Positions 62,837 through 64,000 of a stretch of DNA of 64,000 bases are shown piece after piece. The DNA is from Thermoanaerobaculia bacterium (GTDB lineage: Bacteria; Acidobacteriota; Thermoanaerobaculia; Multivoradales; UBA5704). The notes beneath the pieces were generated by a model. That model did no database searches. It saw only the letters and a program-made list of their open reading frames with translations, and was not told the DNA's origin. Made by a program: the position numbers and the translations under genes. The stretch covers positions 51,026 to 115,025 of the forward strand of contig DASYKS010000002.1 in assembly GCA_035995205.1 (NCBI GenBank), read 5' to 3'. The first letter of the stretch is position 1. Each line of letters begins with the position of its first letter.

Positions 62837-63495
62837 CCGTTCTCGCCTCACCGTTTCCCTCGTCGGCGAACCGGTGCCGCGCGTCGCGAACGCGGCGAGC
62901 CGCGTCCCGAAACTCCATTCTCGTGTTCGCTCGATCTTCCTTTGAGTTCACGAACCGGTTCTTCGCTTCGCTGAAACACCGGGCCGTTGCGGGACATTCC
63001 TAGCGCGCTTCCCGCGACGGTCAGCTGAAATCCCGAGCACCGCACGGCGGCTTCCGACGTTGCTGCCGGGCCGAAGATCAGCCTTTCCCAAACCGATAGT
63101 GGGCGAACCTGCCACTCGCCTCCGTGGGCGTAGCCCTCGTCGTTGCGGCCCCGTGAAATCTGGTTTAGAGTCCCAACAACGGTCGAGAGAGGATGCCCCC
63201 TCTCGCGGCCGGGGTGATCACCGAATTAGACCTCGGCGCTCACGGACAACCCTTCACTCCCCTTGGCGTCGGTCAAAGCCTTCGCTTTGGCCCTCGCCGA
63301 GGGAGCCTTCCTCCGCAAATCCTGAGGCCGAATGCCGAGCTTCAACAGCTCGGGGTTCTGGAGCCCAGGTGGACCTGAAGGTGGGTCTTCAGACGGATTG
63401 CGCCCTCCGAGACCTTACGGATCAGATCCCTCCGCAGCCCGGAATAGACTGGCACGAGTGAAACCGCTCCTCGCCAAAAATCCGACCTCCCTGCG

Positions 63496-63651
63496 GCAGG
63501 ATCGCCGCTTCTCCGCCAGAATCACTGCTTCTGGCTCCCAATCACCGTTTCTGTCCCAGAATTACTTCGCTTCTTGCAAAATAGCTACTGCACCAGAATC
63601 ACCGCTTCTGTACCAGAATCCCTACTCCTGTACCAGAATCCCCGAAGTGCG
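63496..63651. repeat. array 3: about 8 tandem units of about 20 bp, consensus CCAGAATCACCGCTTCTGTA
   Basis: AATC cores occur at 63500, 63520, 63540, 63560, 63580, 63597, 63617 and 63637. The best units contain the internal dyad CAGAA-n7-TTCTG. Confidence 0.8.
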
Positions 63652-63832
63652 ACGAGGGGAGGGACGGCCTTCAACCACTCTCCGGAAAGCGGAGGAGGCG
63701 GTGCACAGATAAGGGCAGAAAGAGATTTCCCTGGTAGCATGGTGGATGAACCCAGCAGGGGGTTAAACGTAGCCGCGAGACGCTCGGTCGTCTGAAGGAG
63801 AGAGTCCACGGTCAACATAAAGGATAGCTATC

Positions 63833-64000
63833 ATGGCTATATCCGATGACGACAGGCATGCGGCTGCCTTAGATGCACTTGCGCTCCACATAAGGACCGT
63901 TCACTTTCTGTTGATCGCAACTTGCTTTACTCTTGCTGCGCTAGCTATCGCCAGTGAACCGCAACGCCAGTTCATGCGAGCTCAGAACGACCTTGAATCA
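63833..64000 (+). CDS. 5' end of an unidentified lower-GC gene running off the right edge
   Basis: ATG at 63833, preceded by AAGGAT. The frame is open to the window end (MAISDDDRHAAALDALALHIRTVHFLLIATCFTLAALAIAS...) and includes a hydrophobic helix. Confidence 0.3.
   Translation, partial: MAISDDDRHAAALDALALHIRTVHFLLIATCFTLAALAIASEPQRQFMRAQNDLES

Noticed and set aside
62310-62945. 211-aa ORF with an (SVRSPVG)n heptad running through array 2 (also 62122..62643 and 62255..62566)
   Set aside because: All three plus frames and two minus frames are open across the array, as expected for an indel-free 21-bp repeat in GC-rich DNA. I see no SD, and the sequences are implausible (Cys/His/Asn or Val/Arg/Ser runs). 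It is kept only as an alternative hypothesis in the array 2 finding.

Overview
GC-rich bacterial chromosomal window (roughly 68-70% G+C by eye, not computed) with about 55 supportable protein-coding genes. I found no rRNA, tRNA or CRISPR array. Many long ORFs in the track are antisense or alternate-frame artefacts of the high G+C and are rejected below.

Core content:
- selD (partial), a MacA/MacB-like efflux pair, an Rrf2 regulator, a PlsB-like acyltransferase, lspA and nadE.
- gluQ and a ferredoxin-type sulfate-assimilation/sirohaem operon (sir-cysH-orf-sirC-cobA).

Accessory content:
- (i) A visibly lower-GC, three-gene, translationally coupled operon at 32.8-38.4 kb: TPR-CHAT caspase-like protease, a 312-aa orphan protein, and a signal-peptide-less S8 subtilase. 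This is my best candidate for an undescribed protease-cascade conflict or cell-death system.
- (ii) Two roughly 570-bp non-coding arrays of strictly phased 21-bp tandem units, each arranged as two mirror-image (inverted) arms (29996-30560 and 62267-62836). A third array has a 20-bp period (63496-63651).
- (iii) A five-gene, fully overlap-coupled copper operon headed by a 1750-aa multicopper oxidase, followed by a beta-propeller protein, two SCO chaperones and a cytochrome c-SBP fusion.
- (iv) Two tandem paralogous roughly 1000-1100-aa secreted gluzincin proteases with variable numbers of NBR1-like Ig repeats.
- (v) An AlbA_2/Schlafen-type gene bracketed exactly by identical 49-bp hairpin repeats.
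- (vi) A second cytoplasmic S8 protease followed by a stand-alone propeptide (I9)-like ORF.
- (vii) Two VapBC pairs and a two-copy nested REP-like palindrome.

All functional calls rest on motif recognition by eye. No database search was run.
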